From Balanoglossus misakiensis (lineage: Eukaryota > Animalia > Hemichordata): a DNA stretch of 64,000 nucleotides. Shown piece by piece: positions 50,264 through 63,700 of the stretch. The first letter of the stretch is position 1; every line of letters starts with the position of its first letter. The DNA lies in NCBI GenBank assembly GCA_040954595.2, contig CM082581.2, positions 11,902,286 through 11,966,285 on the forward strand. The letters run 5' to 3'. The notes beneath the pieces are model-generated. The model was not told where the DNA came from. It was given only the letters and a program-made list of their open reading frames with translations, and did no database searches. The position numbers and the translations under genes were made by a program.

Positions 50264-53200
50264 TCAGAAGTTAATGACCCCAAACAGTGTGGGCACCATC
50301 CGAAGACCATCTAGTTGAGTTTGTAGAGAAGCACCATAAGCTTTGAGATTGTCCACGTCACATTCATATTTTGTAACTTTTTCCTGCGAAGTAAATAAAA
50401 TGTACAGAAGATGTAAGGCCTGTTCTGGCACAGTTAGGCCCTACATGTAGCATGACCATCATCTGAAGTTTTGATTGTGTTACACAAAACAATGTTCACA
50501 AGTGCTTACTGCAATGAAAGCAACCCATGAAATAAGGGAAAATGCACGAACCTTATATTCATCTAATTGTTTGGTAAGAAACTCATGTTGATCATTTAAG
50601 GCTGATAAATTTCGTCTAAGTTCTCGAAGTTCCATTTCTCGAGCTGTGAACAAAGGAACAAAAAAGAATGCCCTGTTAAAAACCTTTTACTGCCTCCATT
50701 TTATATGGAATCTTCAGACTATATGGAAACACATAATATTGAACACCCCTTTCATGATCAAAACTTTCAATCAAACATTGCTAACCCTTAACTTACCTAT
50801 ATTTAGTTCTACAAAATCGTTTTTAAATTTTTCTACGTCAACAGGTCCTGTGACTTGAGTACGTGGTGAGTACGCTCCGCTCGAATTGGGTGATGTGACA
50901 AGATCTCCTGGTGAGTCCATAGTACTATTATCATCCACTGTTGATTGATGTTGTTGGTTTTCAAGTTCTAATGTTTCTCTTTCAAATTCACCTACGACAA
51001 AGATGACACGTAAATGTGAAAAGGCCAGTAGATAGAACTGTGGCTCTTGCAATGGTTTACAGTAACATTGATAATATTGTTACACCATGCAAAATACTTA
51101 CATAATTTACCCGTGAGTGTTTGAAGATGCTGTCTTCCATACAAATGTTCTTTTTTATTGTGAAGTGAACTGAAATACTGATTGCAGGTTTTACAGTACA
51201 AATCATTCGGATCGTCATCCTGAAATGAGAGAGAGAGGGAAGAAAAAATTGTGAAGACTGGAGTATTTACCATGCCCGCTCTTCACAGTAAAACTTGAAA
51301 GGTCAGTGACCGGCAATCTTATCTTAAAAATCAAGGATAAACATTGCAATCTTACCTCTAAAGCGCCTAAAATACTGGCCACTTCTTCAGAGTCTATACT
51401 GGAAGCATCACCTAGACCCGTAATATCAAAAGCAAAAGAAAACAGATGATTTTGAATGACAGGTGTGTAGATATGAACAGTTGGCAATATGCAGAGAAAT
51501 TTCACAAACTTTCATATCAACACGGGATAAATACTTACTGAGTTTCTTTGCAGCTTGTCTTTTTAAAAATGCTTGATACGCCTCAGTCTGTTGGTATGCT
51601 TTCAGTTCATCTATGTATCTCTTCTTGTCATTTTCTGCGTCTTCAACGTATTTCTGAAGCAACAAAGGTTATCCATACTACGGTAATAATAAATGTCTAC
51701 ATTTTTCAAGCTTCATGTTGTGTTTTTATTAACATATCTTCTGTGGCCTTTATAGACTCTAACGGATTTGCTAATATTTTATAAGAGTCGAGATTTTACC
51801 TGTTTTTCATCGGCAGTCATGGAGGACCATTGACTACCTAACAATTTGGTTACATCCGTAAATGGCATCTCTGGATTGTCTTCTTTTATTTTACTTCTTT
51901 GTTCATTTAAATATAAAACATAACTGTGAAGAAGAGAGAACATAATGAGTCAGGCAATGTTACAGCAAACAGACTTTCCCCATTGGCCTCGCTTTGAGGT
52001 CAAATTCATGATGTCTGCATGATGATGCTATCAACAGTAAGACTAAATCCAATACTTACGCTGTTGTTGGTGCTTTTGGAGCGCCTGTGTCTTTGGTGTC
52101 TTTTTTCCTCTTCTTACCCTTTGGCCACCCACCTTTCCTCTTCTGAAAAAACGAAATAACAGAGGACAGCTCAGGTTATTGCTGGTTTCTGATCAAATTT
52201 TGTGATAATCTCACAGGGTCTCATGGAGTTCGGAAAATGGTCTATCACAGTTTTGACCTACCTTTGGTTCAAGTTCATTTCCCTGAGTGGTAGTATTGAC
52301 AGTTGGGTCCATGGATGTGGTTGCGGTTGGCACAGTGGTGGTGCTACAGGTGGCATCCAGGTGATTATTAACCATATCAGTCTGCACTTCAAACAGGTGT
52401 GAACCCTGCGAACAGGTGCCAACAACACTGCTGTCGTTGACCAATAGCTGATGAGCTGCAAATAAGTATGAAATAAACTATATTATTTTTCAAATGTGCT
52501 AAAAATGACCTTGGGTTAGCCTTAAACTAACCCAGTTTGAAACTCCAATGTGATCTGTACAGTAAGTTATCAAGATTTACAACATACCTGTACTTTGTAT
52601 CTGTAAATCTGTAGTGTCAGGGCCTCCAGCGACAGCAATATTATTTACCAGTGTCACTGTGTGAACACCATCGCTGTCACTGACTGATCTCACATTTCCC
52701 GCTGCAGCTGCTTCCATGCTGTCGCTGACCTGCGTAGGTAACCTGTAAGTGACGACGTTGTTCATGCTGTCTGTCACAGCTAGGGATGTTGCAGTGTTGG
52801 TGACGCAGCCAGCTACTGTGGTGTCTGGCAGGGTATCAGTGGAGGTACCCACCGTGTCTGCAGCAGTCATGCATACCATTCTGAAAAAACGAGAAACAAA
52901 ATTACATTACTCTTCCTGTAGCTTATGTCATTGTTCATGCAAGTTCAACTCAAGGCCATGAAAAAATTACCTCAGAGGCTTCTCATGAATAATTCAAAAC
53001 AGCCCGGAAGTATTGTGATTGCTGGCAACCATCATTTTTTCAAGGTATATGTACATGTATTGAAGATCAGCATAATACTATGTTAAAATAGTATGTACAA
53101 TTAGTCCCTCCATGGTACAATCAAACTGTTTAAGTCCCTTGTGACATGATCCCATCTCCAAGGCTTGGGAACTTCTGGAGTACAGCCTTGATACGCAAAA

Positions 53201-53705
53201 CCGAACCACGGTCGGTGTCAATGTGTGATGTATGATCCATCCCGGAAGTAATCGGCGAATCGTGTGTGGGGAGGGACGATGTCGTGTTTGCATTTACAAA
53301 TGTACATATACGGAGAAATACGATCGAATCATCATGATAATACGGGAGAATACACAATGCTTCGACTCTGTACATTAAATTCATACGCCGTGTTACTATC
53401 ATAATTCATGAAGCAACATGTGACAGCTTTAAACTTCGATCACAGTACACGTACTTTCAGGACAAGATATGTACATACCTGGAGGGATCGGCAACGATCG
53501 AAGCAACATCGTGATCGTGTACGGTCACAGGGACGTTATCGAGAAAAGTGGCGGTTGTGGCGGCGTCTAACTTTACAGTTTGGTAGTCCGTCTTGTCTGA
53601 GTCTGTCGTAAATGACTCGAGACTGAAAGCACTACTCGGAATGTGATGCAGCACAATGGTTTTGCACGAAACTGGCATCGATACGTTTTCCAAATCATTC
53701 TCCAT
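50264..53705 (-). CDS. HMG20A/B (iBRAF/BRAF35)-like HMG-box protein with an additional C2H2 matrin-type zinc finger and coiled coil, 11 exons, ~535 aa
   Basis: Exons (minus) 53705-53479, 52880-52588, 52455-52262, 52142-52060, 51923-51800, 51653-51539, 51411-51356, 51219-51111, 50991-50797, 50643-50552, 50383-50264, in frame. KRKGGWPKGKKRKK..APKAPTTAYVLYLNEQR..PFTDVTKLLGSQWS..YQQTEAY and AREMELRELRR match HMG20-family signatures. Confidence 0.85.
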
Positions 53706-54704
53706 TTTGTTTTTCTTCTGTCCGACACACAGACGTGCCGGAAGAAGTGCCCTCTAACGATCGGTCAAATAATACCTTTGTTTTAGAATAGACAGGGGTT
53801 TTTCGTCCTCCCACGAGTTCAGTTAGAGTTCAAATAAGTAGGTTGCATTTAAAATATGACCAAATATTGACATTATAACGTCCAAACAACCAAATAATAC
53901 CATAATAATGATGGTGGTCAAGCTAATTCAACTTCTGGGTCGGTCCAAGTAATAAATTATTTACATGCCGGAGTAAAAAATAGGATCACCATGACATTGT
54001 ATAACAATTTTGGCCATAAAGCTTACCAAGGACAAATTTCCATTTAGGAGTTTACTGCATCGGTGTAAAAATAGAAAACCCCCGACCTTGTTCGCATTAT
54101 ATTTATCTGAGTAAAGAATTTACAGGACAAGATATCCCAAGCAAATCAAGATAAGATCACATTTCTAAACAATATCAAGATCACCGTCAGTTTCACATCA
54201 TGATCCGCCCGTTTGCCAGTACTACTAATTGCATTGAATATCGTGTCTGTGCCGTTGACGACACGAGCTCTATTCCTGTATTACTATGCAATTGCAAGTA
54301 GCTGTCTATAGAAAGATATCCCATCAATTGGACATGCAATACGTTAGTTTTTTGCGAAATAAAACATATTGGATGTGATTGTTTTCAAGCGCCATGGACG
54401 CGACAAGTGCTCGGGTTGACACCCCCTGAGGAATAATGGTGTATATGTAGCGTGTGTACGCGTATGCTAGCTTCTTATTTATTGGATGAACGGTATCACG
54501 TGACAGTGACACCAGCCTAGGCAAAATCAAAACAAGCAGCAGGACAGTGCAGTGTGGCAGCTACAATTCAGCTAAGTGTGATACAAAAAGCGTTTATATC
54601 GTCCCCGTTGAGCTTTCTCCAGGACTCACGTTACCTCCGGCCCTTAATTTCTATCTTTCGGCATTTTGAGGCTCTATTGTCGACGTCAGTTGCAACACAA
54701 GGCC
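53706..54704. promoter_or_regulatory. Candidate bidirectional promoter between the HMG20-like gene and PDCD4
   Basis: Only 999 bp separate the divergent ATGs. CpG is retained relative to the depleted gene bodies. ETS-like CCGGAAG (~53738), ATTGG (54481), palindromic E-box TCACGTGA (~54496). Confidence 0.55.
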
Positions 54705-57700
54705 ATGGCAAGCGAGATAGAAGTTAGCTCAGCTGTAGCTGGGGAGCTGGAAAATGGCGAGGGCCAGTTGGTCAATAACAACAGTGACACTGTTGGAACG
54801 GGAGAGATGGAGCCAAGCGAACAAGGTGAGGTTAGTCGTGTCACGCGTAAAGCCAAAAGGAGAATTAAGCGCAGTCCAGGGAAGGAGATGCAGCAAGTTA
54901 CCGTGGTTAATGGTACAGTACAAGTCCCCAGGAGTTCCAAAAACATGAGAAAATCTCGCATGGGTAGAGGTCGAGGGCTGCCAAAGAAAGGTAAGGCTTG
55001 GCGTGCGTGTTGAGCAGTTATCGACCGACCATGCTTTGTTGACACTTTTTGAACACAAGGCTTCTCTGACACAAACTAGAATTTACACAGTTTTTGAAAG
55101 AGATTTGCTATCGACATAGTGTTTGCCTCGGAATATTTTAAAGTGCAAGTGAATGCATTCTCTAATTAGACAAATAAGAAGAGATTTTGTATCCGAGGAA
55201 CATAAACATTTTGATCGTCGATTTGTCCATTGTGAACAACCCTGGACATTTAAATTGTTTGAACCCTTTGAATATTAATCAAGTAGTGTTTAAGTTCAAC
55301 AATTATTTCAGGTGGGAGTTTATACGCCATGGCGTGACGGTGAAGACGAATCCACTGTATAGTGACATTGTCCTTTGACTTTCATACGATACGACGTGTT
55401 ACGGGACCATTAGCACGTATTCAGGGGTCACATAGGTCCGCATGTTTGCATATAACGGGACAGGCGTGTGTTCACAATGATTCGCCATGAAAACATCCTT
55501 TGTTTACAATAATTATGTATGCACCCGAAATAGCGGTAAGTCGGTGTTTCCCCCGATAATTGGGGACCCCGAAACTGCAGTCATCGCTAAAAGTGTACAA
55601 AACGTTGCATCATCCTGAAATTTATAAAAAAATGCGTGATCAAAAACTACAAACTGTCTGTGTCTGGGTCAATCTGCTTTTTGTAAACAAAACTCATAAC
55701 CTTCAATTATTTGGTGTACTGTACTTTTGACGCAAGTTTACGTGGTTTCCTCTGTAAGATGTTTATTTTAGTGCAAACCCATTTCTGTTTGAAAGCAACA
55801 CAGCTCCTTTCGTTTTCACTGATAATAATATTGTGCCATACTTTTGAACTTGTCCAGTCATGCATGTAGACTCTGATATCATAGTGATTGTAATAACATG
55901 AGGGAAATATCTCCATGTTGCAGTTTTGGGGGTAAATAGGTTGCAATTCTCACTGATATGCAACTGAAAGATTTCTTTTTACATCATTTACGTAGTTTAT
56001 AATATTAATTTAGAGGGTGAATACTTTGTTCCAAGGTCGTTCAATTATAGCCTTTGCCTTTCAAAGGCATCTCACAATCACATGACAGGAAGTCAACAAC
56101 AACAAAAAGCGTGCCATAAATATTTTGGGGCTTGTGGGGAAGATCCATCTTGCTGTGTCTACCTATTAGTATAAATGTCTTGAACACTCAAGAGAAAACA
56201 TCCTATGCCATGGTGGTTTGCGAACGCCATTATCTATGGGAATATCAACATTTGGCCCTTGTAATTTCTGATAATTATGTATGTAGGACAAGTGAGTGGG
56301 TGAACAAAACTGGACCCTGTCCTATTTTCTGTTGAGTAATTTATGAAGTTTTGTAAATGATTTACAACAAAGACATTCAGAAATTGCATTGAACTTTATC
56401 GTGGATGAGCATTGTGAGCCTGACCTGTTCTTGCCAGAAAACAGCGAATAATTACAAAAGCTAATTTACATGATGTATATCCCTAGACTAAAGGTATATT
56501 TATTGGGGACACAATAAAGTACTTGTAGTGCGTTATGTAACTCAAGTCTGTGTTATGCAAAAATTGTAGTTCGAACTGAACATGTCTGGACATGTTTACT
56601 TTGTTTACAAACACACAAATGTGGATGTAAAGCAATTTGTGTAAAAAGAGGGCATTGACCCCATAGTTTGTAAACAAGTTGCAATGCACATTTCGTATCA
56701 TCAGTTGGCCATGAGAATCAGCAGGCATTAAATAATTAAATATTCTTAGGATATACTTATAGTGGTAGTGTTAAATAAGGGAAAACATTGAAGTGAAGCC
56801 TTGTGTGGTGTCTTCTCATGTTTTTTTTTTTTGTGTGCGACTCCATCATTTTAACAGATCCAAAAAAGAATCATAGATATAATTGTTATTTCCTTCCCTG
56901 TGAGTGAGTACAATATGTGGAAAAGTTTAAGACTGATTTTAGTACATTGATTTTAGAGGCATGTACTACCTTAATCATGTTTCTGGAACACGAAATTTAG
57001 ATTATGTACACATTGCCCTAAAAAACTTGACTTCATGGCTGATCACATGACTTGCCATGCTGTTAAGTATTTGGTTTCATGTCAGCCATGTTATAAGCAA
57101 GGTCAAATGCTCTTCAGCTGGATCCATAGCTGTACCACATGACTTCATGCGTTCCAAATTTTGCTGGGCCCATCTTTGTGGCTGGACATAAACCCCCAAG
57201 TCTTTTCCAGAGAAAAATGTGTTCACATGTATTTGTTTGTTATCTAGGTCATCATTGACTTCAAAACTGCCTGGTATGAACTCGGATCATAAAACTTTTT
57301 TCCCCTTCAAAAGTACAACAAAAACCCATTCATGCTGGCTGAGCACCCTGTGTCGACATGACCTGTTGTTGACACAAAGGACAGGCAGAAATGTATTGAA
57401 TGGGGGTAAATATATGTTCTTGCCAACAAGATGATAATAGCAGAAGTGCAGGTAGATCTTTAGTGGCCGTGAGTACCAGGCATGGATACAGCTCATAGTT
57501 TCTTTGTTGTCAACACAAACATGTGCCCACAATTCTAAATTTTAATAAATCGAGATAAGTATTTCCAACCAAAGAAATATAGCTCGAACTTGATTTGTTA
57601 TGGACTGGTACTTAACGGATCAAAACCTGGGATGCTCTTGCTTCTGGATTTGCCAGGTGCCTTGCATTTTCCATGTGACTTCATCAAACATTACAAAATC

Positions 57701-60700
57701 CTGAACCCCAGGCAAGAAATTATATTTCAATAAACCTGCATTTATTACTAACAGATGTTTGGTCTTGTTGCAACGTGCAGTGTAATTTGGTATGCTTAAT
57801 ATCATTCTGTAATTATGGCCTGATATGCCAAACCGACTGTTATAACCCCTGTACTCTGATGCCGTAGGTGGTGATCCATAACATTAGAACTAAATGGTTG
57901 CCTTGAAATTGTTGGAAAGAGATTTTATGGCTATGGAAATGACACATTTACATACAGAGAAATGCTAGTCACCCATTCAGCCCATCCATTGACCGTGTTT
58001 GCATATGCAATATACCAAAGTTGAATTTTAATGCCACCATCTGTCACAACCCCAGGCACTGCCAAAATGAAAAAAAAATTCAATCCTTTGTAAATAAAAT
58101 TGAGAGCCTAGCAGTTTTTGTTATTTATGTAACTGAATGAAATAACGTGGTACTGCCACGTGGTCAACTGCTTAGTTGGTTAGGTTCTTTGATGCTCAAG
58201 TTGAAGGGTTAAAAAGATCAATCGTACACCATACCTACCTGGCAATGGGATAACTTGATTAGATCAGAAGTTAGTTATCAATGAAAGTAAAAGACAAAGC
58301 ATTTTTTTTGCATAAACAAAAATAAACTGGAAGTATGCAGTTATTATGACCTTTGTTTGTTTCCTTGTCTATAAAAGTGGCTAGCGTTCTAGAGCACTAA
58401 TTTTGATGTTCAGATTCGAGACTGACGACTAACAAGATGATAAAATTCTCCACATTCAAATCACAATGAATTGAATTTGCATACCTATCATGGCATGCAT
58501 CAGTGATATATGTCCTTGTCTGCCTACTTGAACCTCATTTGCATCCATACAGATCATGATGTCAAAAAGAGCATGGGGTGTTTTCAAGCCATGTGGGTGT
58601 CTTTGAGTGTATCGCCATTGTGTACATCAAATCAAACTCAGTCCAAGATGCGGAAGTTGCTCTGTTTTTGAAAGAATTACAAACTCTTACACATGTCTCT
58701 TACAGTCTTACATGTAGATTTGACATGTTTTATGGTACATATTTTGTAACTGAAATATAGCCCTTGGGTACATGTGAGGGGCACATGGGTACACAGTGGC
58801 GCCCAGACATTGCCTACAGGTCTTCCAATGCACCCTGGGATTATGCCTTAAACACATAAAATTTGGTTATTGGATACCACCCAAGGATGCCCAGTAAGGG
58901 GCAAATTGGCCTTTCTCATGACATACTGGTTGCAAAATCCAAAATACAGTGAACTCTAAAACACTTGTCAAATGTTTTATTGCTGGAATTCAAAAGTTTG
59001 GTTTGCTATCTTGGCATTTGAGTGCTTCTCTGTACGATGTGTGTTGCCAGAAATCAGTCTGTTGTGTATAGTTTATGTAACATTTTACGAGCTGAAATGA
59101 TAGTTTTTATTACCACTGCTTGATTTACAGGAGGACTGATGGCTCCCAGCTCCAGTAAAAATAATTAACATGCATGCTGTTGCAGTTGAAAAATCACACC
59201 ATTTTATTGTGTTCTAATTATAAATGATACCTACTTAGAAGATTAAACACTGCTGTTTTGGTGGAAATTAATAAGTGCCTGAGCAAAGATTTATTTGGCA
59301 ATTTAGTTGAAAAAATTATAGTTTTGGAACCTACTTAGCAGATGGTGTAAAGTGAATTGTAAAATTAAAAAGAATTGAATTGTTTATTGATGTCGCAAAA
59401 GTATGAAACATGAAAAAGAGCTGGTGAATGTGGGTGTTATTTTAGGTCATCAATGATGATTGAAAGCCTGAAGGAGGTCAGCATATATCACATGACCTCA
59501 TTACATGTAATATTCTGATCCCCACATGATGTTTATCAAAAAAATTCACTTAAAAATTATTTAATATAAATTACATGTACTAGGTGATATGTAGAATTGT
59601 GTGTTCGTGTGTGTGTGTGTGAAATCTCACATGTAGGAATGAGTTCACTGGTGACAACGACCGTGATACCACAGCAGATTAAATTTAGGTGACAACAGAG
59701 ATTCTGTGATGACTCATCTGGAACACTTGGTGCAAATGGCGTCTGTTGCATGTGTGTATTAGCTTGCCAATGACTGATAGTGATAAATGTCCGAGTAAGA
59801 CGCGTGTGTTTCTCGTTTGTTGTGATTTCAGGTGGAGCAGGTGGAAAAGGAACGTGGGGAGCACCGGGCTCAGAGCTTTACGAGGAACCAGAATGCAATG
59901 ATGAATTTGATCCAAATTATGATTCTGATACTCAGGTTGGTATTGTATGTGATGTTGGCATGTATTCATGTGGGTGTGATATGTACATTATGTTTATTGC
60001 AAGCGTGTTGAAAGAGTTTGTTTACATCCTGACCTACTTTTGCAGTAATTTCTCAACAACATATGCATGCTTGTGTTTAATATCTGCAGACTGTGCTATT
60101 GGAGTTCAGTATAATATATACCAATGTCCTGTGGGGGTAATAAAAATAATGGAACCGCTAAACATTGCAAAACTGTGGGAAATAAATGATGAATTACCAG
60201 CTGTAGTCTCCCTAAACAATATGCAAAAAAACTATCCATGGCCTCACACATGCAATTGTCATTTCACCATGACCCTTTCAAATACTTGAATGTGTGCATA
60301 TGTTGTTGGATTGCTGTATTGCAAGGTTTGATTCTACTGTGCAGGAATTGGGCTTAACAAACAATATGAGTATCATTTCAATATGGTGACCTTTAGTGAA
60401 CTCAGTCATCCTTTTACTGCAATGAATTTTTGAGTTGCTTCCTGCCATAACCTTGATTTCAGTCAAGGTTGCAGTGTAAACACTAAAAGTACATGAAGGC
60501 CGTTTGAAATTTTGATGGGTTTTTATGCAGACTTTTCTAGGTTGGAAATTTATTTTTACGAGCAGAGCAGGCCTCGTTGCTGTTTCATTGTCCAATTGCA
60601 AATCCGTTTAGAAAGTCCAGGGCTTTTGGTGATAAAAATATATTGTAATTTATTACCTAGAACACACACACACACACACACACAGTATACACTGAAAATG

Positions 60701-63700
60701 ATTTTCTAGGGCAAGAAAAGACCACTCAATTGATTTTAAAGAAAAGTTCACCATTCATGTAACTTACACTTTAAAAAACAACAACCACAATATGCATGAC
60801 CCAAGTGACCTCAAATTATACAAAGATGGAAGGCGTGTAATAACAGGGCTGTTCACAGAATATGACCTTGAACTCGAGGCTCTGCACACGAAGTGCATTA
60901 AACTTGCCCATGGCTTTTCTAATCTTATGCACAGAGCTATCTTCTATACATGGCCATTCACTCATTCATTCTCTGTTTTCTCTTCAGAAACGAAATAACT
61001 ACTTCACTAGTGTAGAACCTGAACTTACTGAAGAGCAATTTTTTCATTTTGTTGAACCTATTATTCAAGAGTACTTTGAACATGGTGACACAGCGGAAGT
61101 GGCGGTGAGTTTTTCATTTTAATTAACTTTGTTTAAAATCTGTACTTTCATTTTTTGACCTCTGATCATATCAAAGAGAGCATTTAGCACATTACGACTG
61201 TATCGAATATGACAACAATTTACAGGAGTTTGGGTTCAAATCAAACAAGTTCACTCTATAAGACTCTTGACTTTGAAAAAAACTATTGAAAGGCAACAGT
61301 TCCTGCAGTGTGTGAATGATCTCAAGGGATTTCTCGTTTATGTAGCATATGTCATAGCTCGCACTTGATGAGATGCGCTTTAAGAGATAATTTTTCCTCG
61401 GTAATCAGTGCTATTGTGTTCTCCACAAGAAGTGAAAGTATCACTTTGCCTGAGGTGTATTCTGAGAAAAGATAACCTGGTGAGAGATTTTCCTTGGAAG
61501 TGATAATCTCTTGAGAGATTTTTCACGGAAGTGATAATCTGTTGAGAGATTTTTCTTGGAAGTCATGCATCAATTTCATGGTCAATATATAACCTTTCTG
61601 TTCATCAGGAGTGTCTTGAGGAGGTGAACATTACAGACAAGAAACATGAGGTACCCAAACTGGCACTTACAATAGCACTAGAGAAGAAGGCAACACATAG
61701 AGAGATGACCTCTGTCTTGATCTCCGATCTGTACGGGCAGAAAGTAGTCAACGAGCAAGAAATAGCTAAAGCCTTCGATAATGTACTCCAAGATCTCGGG
61801 GATCTGTCTTTAGATACACCTGATGCTCCAGAGGTAAGTTGGATGATAATTTAAAATGCGAAGAGTGGATGTACCAAGTCTTTTTTGTGTGTCAAGATGA
61901 CCAACAGAATAAGACAGTATTGCTAAAGCACATGGGTTCTATATGGAACCCATACTGAAATGCCCTAAGGTGTGTTCATTGATGAAGAATGTGATGATCT
62001 GTATGGTGTGACGTGACTGCTTTATGTAACTTGGCATTAAAGCCTGGCTTACATAAACTCACTCAAATCTGCCCAGTGTATGTATATGTACCAAGCCTGG
62101 CTACAAATACTCAATTGAGTTGAATATTTGGCCTCAACTTTCATGCAATTGACCATTTTCTGTATGGTCTTTCAGGTTGTTGGACAGTTCATGGCGAGAG
62201 CAGTTGCCGATGATTGCCTGCCTCCCAAGTACATCCAGTCTTACAAAGGGAATGTGGATACAGATCATGCCAAGTAAGTCAAATCATCAAGTTTTCAAAT
62301 TTATCTGCCGCAAGAGCGAGAGAGAGACCGACAGAGGAAGAGAGAGAGGGGGGAGAACACTTGTTTTTCTTTGCATGCTTACAAGCCTTCCATGTTCCAT
62401 GTTTTAAGCTTACAAAACAACTGCGTAATAGTACATCTACAAAGCTAACCACACAACTTCAGAAGTTCAATTTATTTCTCAATCGCATTAAGTGATGTAG
62501 TGTCCCCACTACACAATGCACTAATCTGCTCCCATCTAACAACTATGTGAAATTCTCTCTCAGGGAATTCTCATCTAGCTTCAAACTAATAGAGTTGTTG
62601 CTGATAAACAGAACCATTTATTTGTCTCTGAGTTTTGCAAGGCGTGCACTGAATATTACAGAGATTTTCAACCAGGCTGATTAGAGAAATACAAACTCCA
62701 TTTTGTATACTTTGACCCTTTATTTGTGTAGGTCAGCCCTGGACAAGGCAAATACATTACTGAACATGAAGCATGGTCTGGTCCGACTCGACAATGTCTG
62801 GGGTGTGGGAGGTGGTCGAAGGCCTGTCAAACACCTTATCAAGAAGGTGAGTGAGAGGATAGTCACATGGTGATAATACATCATATACTGATGGATCATC
62901 TGTTTGTGAAGATGCTAAAAATTGTGTCAATAACTTAACTGTTAGTTTAAAAATTCTACAAAAAAGGAGTTCCATTTAAATGGAAGTTGACTGTTTGCTA
63001 ATAGTTGTATTCCTCCTTTGCAGATGGTACTTCTCCTGAAGGAGTATCTTTCCTCAGGGGACATCGATGAAGCAGCACGTTGTCTGACAGATTTAGAAGT
63101 ACCTCATTTCCACCATGAATTGGTCTATGAGGTGAGTGTAAACACTGTCTTTCTCTTGCGTTCATTTGAAGTCATTTTTTTCATCCAGTGTAGTAACTGT
63201 CGTTCTTGGAATGATATATTACTCAAACAGTAAAACCCAATGGATGGAACATTCTCTCTGAAGACTTCTTTTCATTTTGCAATCTTCATTTCAACTGAAC
63301 CTTACTCTCTCATTAAAATGATGAAACTTAACCCATTCTCATCGACAGGCTATCGTCATGGTGATAGAAGATACGGGTGAAAGGGCAGCAACAATGGTGG
63401 CCAGACTTCTGAAATCACTGTATAATAGCACCATTATTACTTGGGATCAACTGGCACGGGTCAGTAGCCATATTTTCTCCTGTGTACCTTCCCTTTGAGT
63501 TGCTTTGTCTCATGGATGTGAAGCATCTCTATATTTGATTATGAGAGTTGCGTCAAATAGAAAGATGTTTGCAGTTTCAGTGTTCGTCAAAACCTAATGG
63601 ACGGGTTTAGAACAGAGCTCTGTCAGACTGTCTGCTTGTCAAGTGCCATTACTGAGACATGCTAGGAGAGCTCTCTTTCAACGCTGGCTTAAGTATGCAC

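Noticed and set aside
51412-51425. Apparent non-canonical acceptor (acgg) for HMG20-like exon 7
   Set aside because: A canonical tag acceptor 6 nt further on gives the same frame.
61471-61563. 31-bp repeats as a CRISPR-like array
   Set aside because: The units are directly adjacent with no unique spacers, in a eukaryotic intron, with no cas genes.
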